DNA from: the human T2T-CHM13v2.0 reference genome, Homo sapiens
Assembly: GCF_009914755.1 (NCBI RefSeq)
Contig: NC_060947.1
Direction: 5' to 3' (one strand)
Length of the DNA: 64,000 nucleotides
Part shown: positions 18,970-38,905 of the stretch, in pieces
Layout of the letters: the number at the start of each line of letters is the position of its first letter
Numbering within the stretch: position 1 is the first letter of the stretch
The notes under the pieces: model-generated
The model's database searches: none
What the model was told of the DNA's origin: nothing
What the model saw: the letters and a program-made list of their open reading frames with translations, nothing else
Position numbers and translations under genes: made by a program

Positions 18970-19160
18970 GTTCATAGAACCTAGAATTAGAAGATTGCTT
19001 AGAAATCATATAGTACAATGCTTTTGTCTGTAGATGATGAAATCACGGACAAGAAATGTAATGATTTGTTTAAAATTACAGAGTTAGTGGGCAAAAAAGA
19101 ACCAGAACTCTAAGCCTCCCCCTTGATTGGTAACTCCATGCTCTTGCCACTGCAGCACGC
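18970..19160 (-). mobile_element. MIR3/MIR SINE
   Basis: catagaacctagaattagaagattgcttagaaatcat..gtagatgatgaaatc..gatttgtttaaaattacagagttagtg. Confidence 0.6.
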
Positions 19161-19199
19161 TATTCCCTTTGATATCCCTCTTCTCAAATCCTATATCAT

Positions 19200-19322
19200 A
19201 TACTCATTCATTTATGTACTTATTCATTCAACAAATATTTATTGGGGACGTACTCTTTTCCAGGTTAGGATCTGGGAAAATATGAAATTGGTGTGGTCCC
19301 TGCTATCATGTAGCTTATTTTA
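19200..19322 (-). mobile_element. L2 3' end
   Basis: tcattcattta..attcattcaacaaatatttattg..gtggtccctgctatcatgtagctta. Confidence 0.65.
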
Positions 19323-19487
19323 ACTAATGCTATTATCTTTTCCATTTATTTTACCTACTACTCAGTGTTTTGTACTGCTATGCAATCTTTAATATTTATG
19401 CCTTGTATACACAATTAAACTTTGTACTTTAAGACAATGATTTTGGTTTGTTTTTTCTCCTACATTGCCTAGAAAATGCTATTGCCG

Positions 19488-19662
19488 ATTCTTCATTGTG
19501 TGGGGCTGTCCTATGACCTGAAGGGTACTTAATAGCTCTGGCCCCCACCTCCTAATTCCAATAGCATCTCAGTCATTGTGACCATTCAAACTGCCCCCAC
19601 ACATTTCTGCACTCTGATATGGGATGCAGATTCACTTCCCCAGCTGGGCAGAATCATCTCTG
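19488..19662. mobile_element. MER20 hAT-Charlie fossil
   Basis: ttcttcattgtgtggggctgtcctatg..ctctggcccccacc..gtcattgtgacc.. Confidence 0.65.
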
Positions 19663-20599
19663 TATTAGTAAACTCTTCTCAGTTGATAAATATTGCCCTA
19701 GTACAATGTTTTGCATATACTATTCATAAAATATTTTCTTGTATCATACTGTTAGAGAAACTCCAGACAAATCTCATAGATGATATAAAAACTCACAGAA
19801 TGAAGAGTGAGCCAAATATTGAACCTCATGAGAAATAACAGAATATAAAACAATTTGCTTGCTATAGGCTATTGCTAGCAATGCAAGGTATAAGAGTAGT
19901 GGTATTCCCACATTTCTTCAGCCTCTTCAAAAATAATTTATAATTTGAATCAGAGCAAATTAGAAGTAAAATAGCCTGCAATGTTCTGTAATTACACCCT
20001 CCAAGCTTCTCCTTTAAACTTTATCTTCTTCCTCCCTTCTGTTTCGGAGGAAGTCACATCTAAATCAATTTTCAAGGGGAAGCTACATCTGAACCCTCGA
20101 CCCTATCCTCTAGAACTTTCTCAATAGAATCACTATACTCTTACTAATAATAACTCTACCAAATAAAAAAGAATCAACATTAATGATCACTTATCACAGT
20201 CCTGCACTCTGATGTAGGATGCAGATTAATTTCTAATTATACTTCCACAAATATTATTTTATTTGATTTTTATACCACATTCTATAAGGAGGATATAGTA
20301 AACATGATCATTCCTATTTTACAGATGAGGAAAGTTTGGACCAAAACAATGGTAAATGATTTGTGTATAAACATATATCTGGGAAATGGCAGAGACAGCA
20401 TATAAACACTACTCTCTTGGCTATAAATTCCACGATCTTTCCAACATATTTCCTAATGTATCCCCTTTTTCTTGAATTTCCAGTCAATTTTCCGGTCAAG
20501 AAATTTCTTGAATTTCTACAGCATTGGTAACATCCTCTCACCCCCCAAAATATGTTTAAATGTCACTATTTAAAAAACAAAACAAAAGAAACAAATAAA

Positions 20600-21380
20600 C
20601 CTATACTCTTCCTGCCTTCTGCTTAAACAGTATCTCTTTACATTACCAAAAACTGAAATAGAAAAAATATTCTATTATTTTACACCACTCAGTCATTTCT
20701 AAATCTATTACAACCACCACTCAGTCCCCACAACTCTACTAAAGTTGCTTTCAATAAGGTTGCCAATAATTTTTTAATCATTGAATTTTGTGGACTTTGC
20801 ATAGTTCTCTTAATACTCAGTCTCTCTACAGCAGTTGACACAAGTAACAACACCATCACCTTTATTGAAATGCTCTCCTCCCTTGGCTATCATGAAACTA
20901 CACTCTCCTAGTTTTCCTCATACATGTTTTTCCATTAAACTTAGTTTCTTCAGTCCTATCCTCTTCCTCTGCCTAGCCTTCAAATGTAAACAGAATGCAA
21001 AGCTCTACCTTTTTTTGTGGTCCACATTCCTTACCTTAGATACACTCATCCTTTCACATGGCTCCTATTATCACCTCTCCACAGATGAATATAGACACTT
21101 TGTTGCCTTTTACCTTCAAATATATGTTTCGTATTTCTCCATAAATGGTTAGAAATAAATAATTTTGCAGCTCTTCAAATTTACCTTTCTCTCATCTCAT
21201 CTCCCACTCTTGTGATGCCTAAGTTATTATTAATCTTATTTCAGATGGGTTTCAAAGTCCCACTGATACTATCCTTGCAATATCTTCATATTTATACACA
21301 AATCTACACTCCCACAGTCTTAGTCCAGGCCCTTAAAAACTTTGAACTGTGCTATCTATGACACAATCATACTGTTACTT
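20600..21380 (+). mobile_element. L2 LINE fragment
   Basis: ctctactaaagttgctttcaataaggttgccaataa..ctcagtctctctacagcagttgacaca..ttgaaatgctctcctcccttggc. Confidence 0.6.
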
Positions 21381-21766
21381 ATCTTGCATGACTACTTTTG
21401 GGTCAAACTAAGTGATATATGTGAAAGATCATTAAAATTTACAAAGTAAATGCCACTAAGATTCATAGATTTTTAATGTTCACTTTGATATTTCCCCTAT
21501 TTTTAATAAAAATTATTTAATAAAAAGCATTATAATTTGTAATTTGGTTGAGGCATGAATTTAAAACAAGTATCCTTGAGAATGAACCCAATGGCCTGTC
21601 TGCCATCTGTTTCAAGGTGGTTTTCTTCCCCTTTTACATTATTAACTTTTACTAAATGATTGCAAACTTCATTATGTGCTGGGGTAAAAAAAATCGAAAA
21701 GATAGCCAATCACTGTGGTTGTTGGCAAAAAAATTAGGAGATCTAAGAAGTTATTTGATGTCCTAT

Positions 21767-21816
21767 TGTATTAGTCAGGGATCCCTAGAGGGACAGAACC
21801 AATAGGAGATAGATGG

Positions 21817-21850
<34 letters not shown>

Positions 21851-22285
21851 CATACATACATACATACATACATACATACATACATACATAGATAAAAGAG
21901 GGTTTATTAAGTACCAACTTACATGATCACGAGGTCCCACAATAGGCTGTCTGCAAGCTTGAGGAGCAAGGAGAACCAGTCTGAGTCTCAAAACTGAAGA
22001 ACTTGGAGTCTGATGTTTGAGGGCAGGAAGCATCCAGCACGGGAGATAGATATAGGCTGGGAGGCTAGGCCAGTCTCACCTTTTCACATTTTTCTGCCTG
22101 CTTTGTATTCCAGCTGTGCTGGCAGCTGATTAGATTGTGCCCACCAGATTAAGAGTGGGTCTTTCTTCTCCAGCCCACTGACTCAAATGTTAATCTCCTT
22201 TGGCAACACTGTTACAGACACACCCAGGATCAATACTTTGCATCCTTCAATCCAATCAAGTTGACACTCAGTATTAATCATCATA
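21767..22285 (-). mobile_element. ERVL solo LTR, MLT2A1-like
   Basis: tgtattagtcaggg..ctagagggacagaac..gaggtcccacaataggctgtctgcaagc..caatccaatcaagttgacactcagtattaa; 5-bp TSD cctat/cctgt. Confidence 0.9.
21817..21892. repeat. Compound tetranucleotide STR (TAGA)8(TACA)10 TAGA inside the MLT2A1 LTR
   Basis: Units counted directly. Confidence 0.95.
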
Positions 22286-22294
22286 CCTGTGCAT

Positions 22295-23280
22295 GGAAAT
22301 TTAACAATCACTTAAATGTAATTATTAGGTGAAAGAAATCATAAGGGAGATTAGAATATGTTTATAACTAAATAATAAAGAAACTTCCTTATATTAAAAT
22401 ATGTGGAATGTAAATAAAGTAACACTTAGAATAAATTTATAGCTTTAAATGGTCACATCAGGAAAGAAAAAATACAAAAAGAAGCCCAATCTTAGTAGCA
22501 ATTATGGAATGCTTATAATAAAACAAAATTACATACATCTTATACTTACCAGATTGAGGAATTAAGAGTTAGAAAAGACCAAGTATACTGCTGATGGGAA
22601 TGCAAATTTGTACCCACTGAGAGTGTAGATTGGTACAAACACTTAAAACAGTTTACCATATTCTATTGAAGGTTACCTTGCACAAACTTAGTGGATAAAC
22701 ATTTCTGCACCTACTATATAGAGATACTCTTACACATGTACTACCAGAGAAATATGAGAATGTTCAGTCTTTTGCTTTATTGTACTCCAAAAAGCAAGAT
22801 GAGTCACCAGAAGTTTACCCACAATAATTCAGTCAGGGTTCTCACTCTTGTCAAGTTTACTCAAACTGGCATGGTTTAATCCAGAAATACGGCCTCAATG
22901 TGTGCCACCAGTGTTTCCATCAGTATTTGAAGGATATAGGTTTCATTAAGTTGGACTATTCAAGGAAGATCATTAAGTGATCTTCTTTGAATGAATTATC
23001 CAAGGTATATACCCAATGAAAGAAATCATGTTACCTATTTTTGTACATAAAATAAAATATTTTTAAACCCTTCAAAAAATAGACTGCTCAAAGCAGGATT
23101 ATTTTTGATAGCAAAAAAAAGGAAATATGCCAAATTTTTAGTAACAGCACATTAAACACAAAATTTGTGTATCCAAAGTATGATTTGTTGTATATTTCCA
23201 AAGTGAAATACTCTAAAGCATTAAAAGAATGAATCTAATAGGCATAATAGTAGGTGGGAAAATGTCTGAAAAGAATACAT
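22295..23280 (+). mobile_element. Old L1M fragments hosting the RPS29 retrocopy
   Basis: atactgctgatgggaatgcaaatttgtac..agaatgttca|..aagcaggattatttttgatagcaaaa..ggaaatatgccaaa is collinear with the L1M ORF2 end across the insertion. Confidence 0.6.
22767..23079 (+). pseudogene. RPS29P: Processed pseudogene of 40S ribosomal protein S29 (uS14)
   Basis: Pyrimidine-rich 5' UTR start cttttgc..gcaag, ATG at 22799 (atgagtcaccag), ggcctcaatgtgtgccaccagtgtttccatcagta..ggtttcattaagttggacta ([22 protein letters not shown]-like), no introns, AATAAA at 23051, short A-tail, degenerate TSD agaatgttca/agactgctca; ~10-bp deletion near 22816 frameshifts it. Confidence 0.92.
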
Positions 23281-24764
23281 TGGATCTCCAATATAGCCAA
23301 TTAGAATCAGCTGCAGTCCATGGCACTCACAGAGAGGAATGAAAAGGGGCAAGTGAATTCAACACCTTCAACTGAGATATCCAGGTTCTCGCATTGGGAC
23401 TGACTAGGCAAACAACTCAACCCACAAAAAAATGAAAAAACACAGGGGGTGGGGGGTGGGGCAACCAAAGAAATCCCCAACCCCAGCCAAAGGAAGCAAT
23501 GAGTGATGGTGCGACCCCACCTGGGAAACCACACTTTGCCCAGGAATCTTTGCAACCCACAGATCAGGAGATCCCCTCATGAACCCATGCCACAAAGGCC
23601 TTCTGATACACAGAGCTGTGTGGAGTCTAGGCAGAGCAGCAGCTCAGGCACACACAGAAACCCAGGAATTTTACATACTCCATTCCCAGGATCCCCAGTA
23701 AGACAGGAAATCTGTCCATACATATCCCTAGAAAGGGGGCTGAATCCAGAGAGCCAAGAAGCGTCATTCTGTGAGCCCTACTTTCATGTCAGCTCACAAG
23801 TTAAGACCCACTGGCTTGGAATTCCAGCCAGTCAACAGCAACAGGCTGGAATCTTCCTGAAACGGGTCTGAGTTCCTGGGGAAAGGGATAGCTGCCATCT
23901 CCTCAGTTTGCTAGACTCAGCCATTCCAGCTTGCCTGCTTTGGGAATACAAACGGTTCAGACAAAAAAGGGTCCCCCACAATGCAGCACAGCTGCCTTGC
24001 CAGATCATGGACAGACTGCTCCTTTAAGCGGTACCCTGATCCATTCCTCCTCACTGGGTGGGACCTCGCTGTGGGGCTTCAGCCATTCCAGCCAGGCTTC
24101 TAAAAATAGACCTCTGATCTTTCCCTGGGAAAGAACTCGGGGGGAAGGGAGGCTGCCATCTCTGTGGGTCAGTCGATTCAACCATTCCAGCCTGCTGGCT
24201 TTGGAGAGTACAAACAATCTGGACAAGGAAGGGCCCCTCACAACGCAGCACACCTGCTCTACCAAAGGGAAGTCTGACTGCTGCTTTAAGTGAGTCCTTA
24301 TCCTGTTCCTCCTGACTGAGTGAGCCTCCAAGCAAGGGTCTCCAGCCACTTCTTACAGGTTTGTTCAGGACAGCAACAGGTCAGTACCCTCCTGGGACAG
24401 AGCTTCCAGAGGAAGGAGCAGGCTGCATTTTTGCTGTTCCACAGTCTTCACTGGTGATACCCCTAGGTATGGGAAAAACCAAGACAACTAGTGTTTGGAG
24501 CAGACCCCCAGCAAACTACAGCAGTCCTACAATAGAGTGGCCTGACTGTTAAAAATAGGACAAACAGGAAAAAGCAACAACAACATCAACAGAAAAGACC
24601 CCACAAAATCCCCATTCAAAGGTCAGCAACCTCAAAGATTGAAGGTAGATAAGTCCACAAAGATGAGAAAGAATTGACGCATAAATGCTGAAAATTCAAA
24701 AGGCCAGACTGCTTCTTCTCCTGCAAATGACCGCAACGCATCTCCAGCAAGGGCATAGAACTGG
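23281..24764 (+). mobile_element. Isolated 5' UTR and ORF1 start of an older primate L1 (about L1PA10-13)
   Basis: aatatagccaattagaatcagctgc..ttcaactgagatatccaggttctcgcattgggactg..aaggtcagcaacctcaaagattgaaggtagataag..aagatgagaaagaa..gaactgg; the rest of the element is missing. Confidence 0.85.
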
Positions 24765-24824
24765 ACAACTCACAGTTCTTTGACTGTCTCACAAAGTCTG
24801 TAGTGGCAATCCACCTACTTCAAA

Positions 24825-25095
<271 letters not shown>

Positions 25096-25439
25096 GAGAC
25101 AATAAAGTTTGCCACATCCACTGACTCCTCTCTTCACAAAAGATTTCTCTGTGATATGCAATTCTGTCTGATAAAATTTTGTTCACAGTAGACCTTCTTT
25201 CAAAATTGGTGTCAATCCTCTCAAAGCCTGCTGCTGCTTTATCAACTAATTTTACATAATATTCTAAATCTGTTTTGTCATTTCAACAATATTCACAGCA
25301 TCTTCACCAAAAACAGACTCCATCTCAATAAACTACTTGCTGCATGCAGGGTTGCTACAAAATTTCACTTTGTATTTTTTAAAAAAGCAATATCTGGGAA
25401 GTGCAAAAAAGTGAAGTGCAATAACACAAGATATGGCTG
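25096..25439 (-). mobile_element. Tigger1 (TcMar) fragment with one terminus and an internal deletion
   Basis: tcaaaattggtgtcaatcctctcaaagcctgctgctgctttatcaactaa..; terminus gtgaagtgcaataacacaagatatggctg followed by TA. Confidence 0.85.
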
Positions 25440-25627
25440 TATACCCAGCAAAACTTTTCTTCAGAAATAAAGAAGAGATAAAGACATTCCCAGGCAAACT
25501 AAAGCTGAAGGATTTTATCACCACTAGACCTGCCTTACAAGAAATGAACAAGAGAGTTCTTCCAGTTGAAATGAAAAGACCCTAAACAGCAACATAATAC
25601 CATAAGAAAGCAAAACACTTGCTGGTA

Positions 25628-25888
25628 TGTTCTCATTCATAAGTGGGAGTTGAACAATTAGAACATATAGACACAGGGAGGGGAACGTCACACACCGGGG
25701 CCCGTTAGGGGGTGGGGGACAAAGGGAGGGAGAGCATTAAGACAAATACCTGACGCATATGGGGTTTAAAACCTAGATGATGGGTTGATAGATGCAGCAA
25801 ATCACCATGGCACATGTATACCTATGTAACAAACCTGAAAATTCTGCACATTTATCCCAGAACTTAAACTAAAATAAATAAATAAATA
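25628..25888 (+). mobile_element. L1PA8-like 3' end inserted into the older L1
   Basis: ggggtttaaaacctagatgatgggttgatagatgcagcaaa diagnostic; 16-bp TSD aaaaca(c/t)ttgctggta at 25612-25627 and 25889-25904. Confidence 0.88.
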
Positions 25889-26368
25889 AAAACATTTGCT
25901 GGTAAAGGTAACTATAGACAGTATGTCTGGAACATGTCTGGGTGACTGCATCCCTGCAAAAGGAGCACCCTCCAGGTTCAGGCTTGCACAAGAGACACAC
26001 TCACAATTCTTCTCTACTTGGAGCATCAATATTCCTACAGATGAAAAGAGGAGTCTGTCTGATCTGAATAGCTGGAGAAATGGGACGAGTGTGTCTACGA
26101 GGTGGATGACTTTCCTGATGACCTGGCAGGAGAGTTGAGGTGGCTCCAACTCTTCCCCTTGATAAAACCTCAATATAATAAATGTTATATAGGACAAGCC
26201 AACAGTTAACATCATATTCAACAATAAAAAACTGATAACTTTTCCTCTAAAATCAGAGACAAGACAATGGTGTCCACTTTCACCACTTCTATTCAACATA
26301 CTTACTACTGGATACCCTAGCTGGAGCAATTAGGCAAGAATAAGAAATCAAAGACATCCAAAACAGAA

Positions 26369-26430
26369 ATGAAAAAATTAAAATTGTCTATGTTGGCAGA
26401 TGAAAAAATTAAAATTGTCTATGTTGGCAG
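26369..26430. repeat. Perfect 31-bp tandem duplication inside the L1 RT region
   Basis: atgaaaaaattaaaattgtctatgttggcag x2. Confidence 0.95.
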
Positions 26431-28111
26431 ATGACATAATCTTATATATAGAAAATCCTAAAGATTGCCAAAACATACAATAACTAAAAAACGAATTCAC
26501 TAAAGTTGAAGGATACAAAGGCAACATACAAAAATTAGTAGTTTTTCTGCACACTAACAATGAATTATCCAAAAAAGAATTCAAAAATGAATTCCATTTA
26601 CAACAGCATCAAAAAGATTAAAATACTTAGGAATAGGTTTACCCAAGCTGATAAAAAATCTGTACACTGAAAAGGATATGCCATTGATGAAAGAAATTGA
26701 AGAAGACACAAATAAGTGGAAAGATATCTCATGTTTATGGATTAGAAAAAGTGATATTGTTAAATTGTTCATACTACCCAAAGTGATATACAGATTTAAT
26801 GCAATCTCTAACAAAATTCTAATGGCATTTTTCACAGAAATAAAAAAATCAATCCTAAAATTCACCTGGAAACACAAGGATCAAGAATAGCCATAGTAAT
26901 CTTGGGAAAGAAGAACAAAGCTGGAGGCATCACATTTCCTGATTTCAAACTATCCTATAAATCTACTATAGTAATGAAAACAGTATGGCACCAGCATAAA
27001 AACAGACACATAGATAAAAGGAATACAATACAGTCCCAAAATAAATCCATGAATATGATCAACTAATCTTTGACAAGGGCACCAAGAATATCCAATGGGG
27101 AAAAGGTAGTTATTTCAATAAATGGTATTGGAAAAACTGGATATCCACATGCAAAAGGATGGAACTGGACCCTTTTAACACTATACAAAAAAATCAACTC
27201 AAAATGGATTAGACAGATTTAAATTATGAAACTCCTAGAAAAAAAAAAACATAGAAGAAAATTCCTTGATGTTGGTTTTGGCAGTGATTTTTTGGATATG
27301 ACCTTAAATGCACAAGTAACAAAAGCAAAAATAAACACGTGGGACTACATTAAACTGAAAAGCTTCTGCACAGAAAACAATCAAGAATATTAAAATGGAA
27401 CCTACAGAATAAAAGAACATATTTTCAAACTATATATCTGATAAAGTGTTAACACCCAAAATGTATAAAGAACTCACACAACCCAAAACAGGAAAACAAA
27501 ACAAAATGAAAACCTGGTTATAAAAAATGGGCAAAGGACCTGAACAAGCATTTTTCCAAAGAAACCATACAAATGGTCAGCACCTGCTGAAATGTGAAAA
27601 GATGCTCAATATCATTAGTCATCAAGGAAATACAAATTAAACCCACAATGAGCTATCACCTCACACCTGTTGGGATGTTTGTTTTCAAAAAGACAAGGCA
27701 TGACAAGTGGCAATGAGTTGGGAGAAAAGGAAACTTACACACTGTTGGCAGAAATGTAAATGTAAATTGGCAGAACCATAATGGAAACAGTATGAAGGTT
27801 CCTCAAAAAATTAAAAATAGAACTCTGATAGGATCCAGCAATCCCAATTCTGAATATATTCCAAAGGAAATGAAATCAGTATCTCAAAGACATATCTGTC
27901 CCCCATGTTCATTGCCCCACTAATCACACCAATAGCCAAAATATGGAAACAACCTAAGTGTCTGTCAACACATGAATGGATAAAGAAAATATTGTATGCA
28001 CACACACACAATGGAATATTATTCGCCCATTAAAAGGAAATCCTGTCACTTTGACAACATGGATGAACCTGGAAATCATCATGCTAAGTGAAATAAGGCA
28101 GACATAAACAT

Positions 28112-28198
28112 GAGGTGAAGGTTGCAGTGAGCAGAGATCACACCACTGCACTCCACCCTGGGCCACAGAGTGAGATTCCATCTCAAAAAAAAAAAAAA
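28112..28198 (+). mobile_element. Alu right-arm 3' fragment
   Basis: gaggtgaaggttgcagtgagcagagatcacaccactgcactcca..catctc followed by poly(A). Confidence 0.9.
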
Positions 28199-28577
28199 TC
28201 ATATTTTGGAGAGGTTGTAAAGCACAGTAACTCTCATATACTGCTAGTGAAAGTGTACACAGTTTGGGAAACACTTTGGCATTGCTTAGTAAATCTGAGA
28301 ATACATAGCTACAATTCAGCAATTCTACTCTTAGGTATATATTCTGAGGACACACTGCACATGTGCACACACACAAACACACAAAGTTTTAAAATGCTCT
28401 TTGCACCTGTCTTAGGCCAGATCCCTTGGAAAATAGAAACTGAGACAAAAGATTTGTGCTCAGGCTTTGCTGGGAGATGCAATCACAGGGAAGCAGAAGT
28501 GATAAAAAAAAAAAAAAAGTGAAGTGAATTATCTAAAACATACCATATAAAGTGGTTTTCAAAAGTGATGAGACGAC

Positions 28578-36470
<7,893 letters not shown>

Positions 36471-38243
36471 GGTAATAGCAACAATTTAAAAAAATTACAG
36501 TGAGGTAAGAAAGATAGGAGTGCAAATACATTCATGAACTGGCCATAGCTTTTCAACAAACATTAATACATTGTTCAGTCTCATGTAGTGTCTTCAAAGA
36601 GGCTATATGAAACTACCTCATCTTAAAAATTGTCTGTTGGAAGAGAGAGAGAGACAAAGAGAGATCAAGGTATCTGTTATCTCCTTCCTCTCTCTCATCT
36701 CATCTTGGTGTAAGACTGCGCTGCAGGTAATTGGCTGCAGCCTTCTCCATGTTGTGTCACCTGATTCTTTCAAGTAATCAACATGGAAGCCAGAGCCCTC
36801 ATGATGTAATCCAGTTGGTGCACAGCATGATAGCCTCTTCTTGCCAGTTAGTGCCACACATGTGTGCTGCTTAGTCTGTGGTATATAAAAACAGCTCCTA
36901 GGCTTTATGATCACAAAAACAGTGTGAGCTGTCCCTAGGGAAGCACAGAAGTCGGGAAGGGTTGGGAAAGAGGAACTAACAGATCTGAAGTATGACATAC
37001 AAACTGAGGCTGGTACAGACTTATTGTCATCATAGGAAAAAAAATACTTGAAACGACCAAATGTCTAAGCATAGTAGACCGGCTAACGAAGTTAGGTATA
37101 GTCACATAATAGAATAGTACACAGCTGTAAAAATAAATGAACTACAGCTGTGCATATTAACATTGATGAATTTACAAATTATAAAGTTGAGAAAACAAAG
37201 CAAATCACAGAAGAGTATGATTATATTTCTATAAAGTACTGAAATAAGAAAAGTAACATGTCTTTGCAAATACATAGGTAATAAACAATAATTATAATCA
37301 AGAGAACTTTTATTAATCAGGGTAGTGGCTACCTCCAGGAGAGGGTCACAATTGGCACAGGGATGTACAGGGGTTTCTAAGGTTCTGGTAACAATCTATG
37401 TCTTAAACTTAATAGTGGGTACATGGGTAATAGTTTTAATATTTTTCAACTGAAGATACACATTTATTTCACAAAAAAGTAATCAGAAATAAGTTGGTGG
37501 CCCTCAGCCAGAAAAAATGAAGTTTCACAAATGACTTAGGCCTATATTTATAGAAGAATTAAGATTCTAAATTGGTCATTAAATTGTTAAGTTATATTTT
37601 ACGGTATTTTTCAGAACAAATGATGTCAAAGTGTATTTGTGAATTGGGCTAACAAAAATGTTAAGAATTATTGCCCTCTAATTTCTCTCCCTGACTCCAA
37701 TGTTTTGCTCGTCCAGCTCATTCTTCCCACTACTCCTGGCTAAGCTATCAAAACAATTATTTATGTTATTCATCCATTCTCAAACTTTCCATGACTTCTC
37801 ATTATTCTTCTAGCATTCTGGGGGACCCCATACAAATCTCGGCACTTCTGTCCTTTCATTGAGAAAATTATTTCTTTAATTAGGGTGTAGTTTTCTTTAG
37901 TTACAAATTCAATCTACAGATATACCCTGATCACCTTGATTAGTCTGAGAGAAACTGGGGAGCTCTTGATTACACTAATGTGTTTTCTAAAACTCTTCCA
38001 TAACAAATGGTATCTGTACATCACGTCTATAAATAATCCTATCGCTAGGTGCTGAACTGAATTAGTCTGATGCTCAAATGGTAAGCTTTTTCTGACTTTT
38101 TACCCTAACATCTCAAGGAAACTTACTATGACTCCTTACTGTGATTACTACCATTCCAATGTATATTTAAAACCTAATTCTCCTGAGAGAATGTTCTAGT
38201 TCTACCAGTACCCATGTAATTGCCCCCTAAATAAGCCATCCCT

Positions 38244-38547
<304 letters not shown>

Positions 38548-38689
38548 AATAAGCCATTCCTACTTCTGTGACAGAGCTCATCTTTTACCTTGATATGAGA
38601 TGCCTTCTTCCATTCTTTTTACCTATCAAACTCTTTCAAAAACTTTCTCATGTCCTACCCCCTCCTTAACATCTATATTTAAAGAAGCT

Positions 38690-38905
38690 TTTCTATGTAA
38701 CAACCATTGTGCTTGCTGTTTAACATGCATTATTTTATAAAATCCTCAGAACAACCCAATGAAGTAGGCACTAGTATCATCCCTCCTTTACAAATGATAA
38801 GGATGAGGCTCAGTGGGGTTATTTAAGATGCCTAAGATTACACAAATAGTAAGTATAGAGCCAAGATTAAAATAAGATGTATTTGATTCCAAAGACTATG
38901 CATTG
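38690..38905 (-). mobile_element. MIR SINE
   Basis: aatcctcagaacaacccaatgaagtaggcactagtatcatccctcctttacaaatgataaggatgaggctcag. Confidence 0.75.

Larger units (their letters stand above)
25442..28110 (+). mobile_element. Degraded L1MA/L1MB-type element (ORF1 end, then RT to ORF2 end) with a large internal deletion
   Basis: ORF1-end motif gattttatcaccactagacctgccttacaagaa; RT region gttggcagatgacataatc; track ORF 26678-26890 ([19 protein letters not shown]). Confidence 0.85.

Noticed and set aside
23915-24335. ~260-bp diverged direct repeat (cagccattccagc..cctcct.actg)
   Set aside because: As I recall, this is part of the internal repeat structure of older L1PA 5' UTRs, not a locus-specific feature
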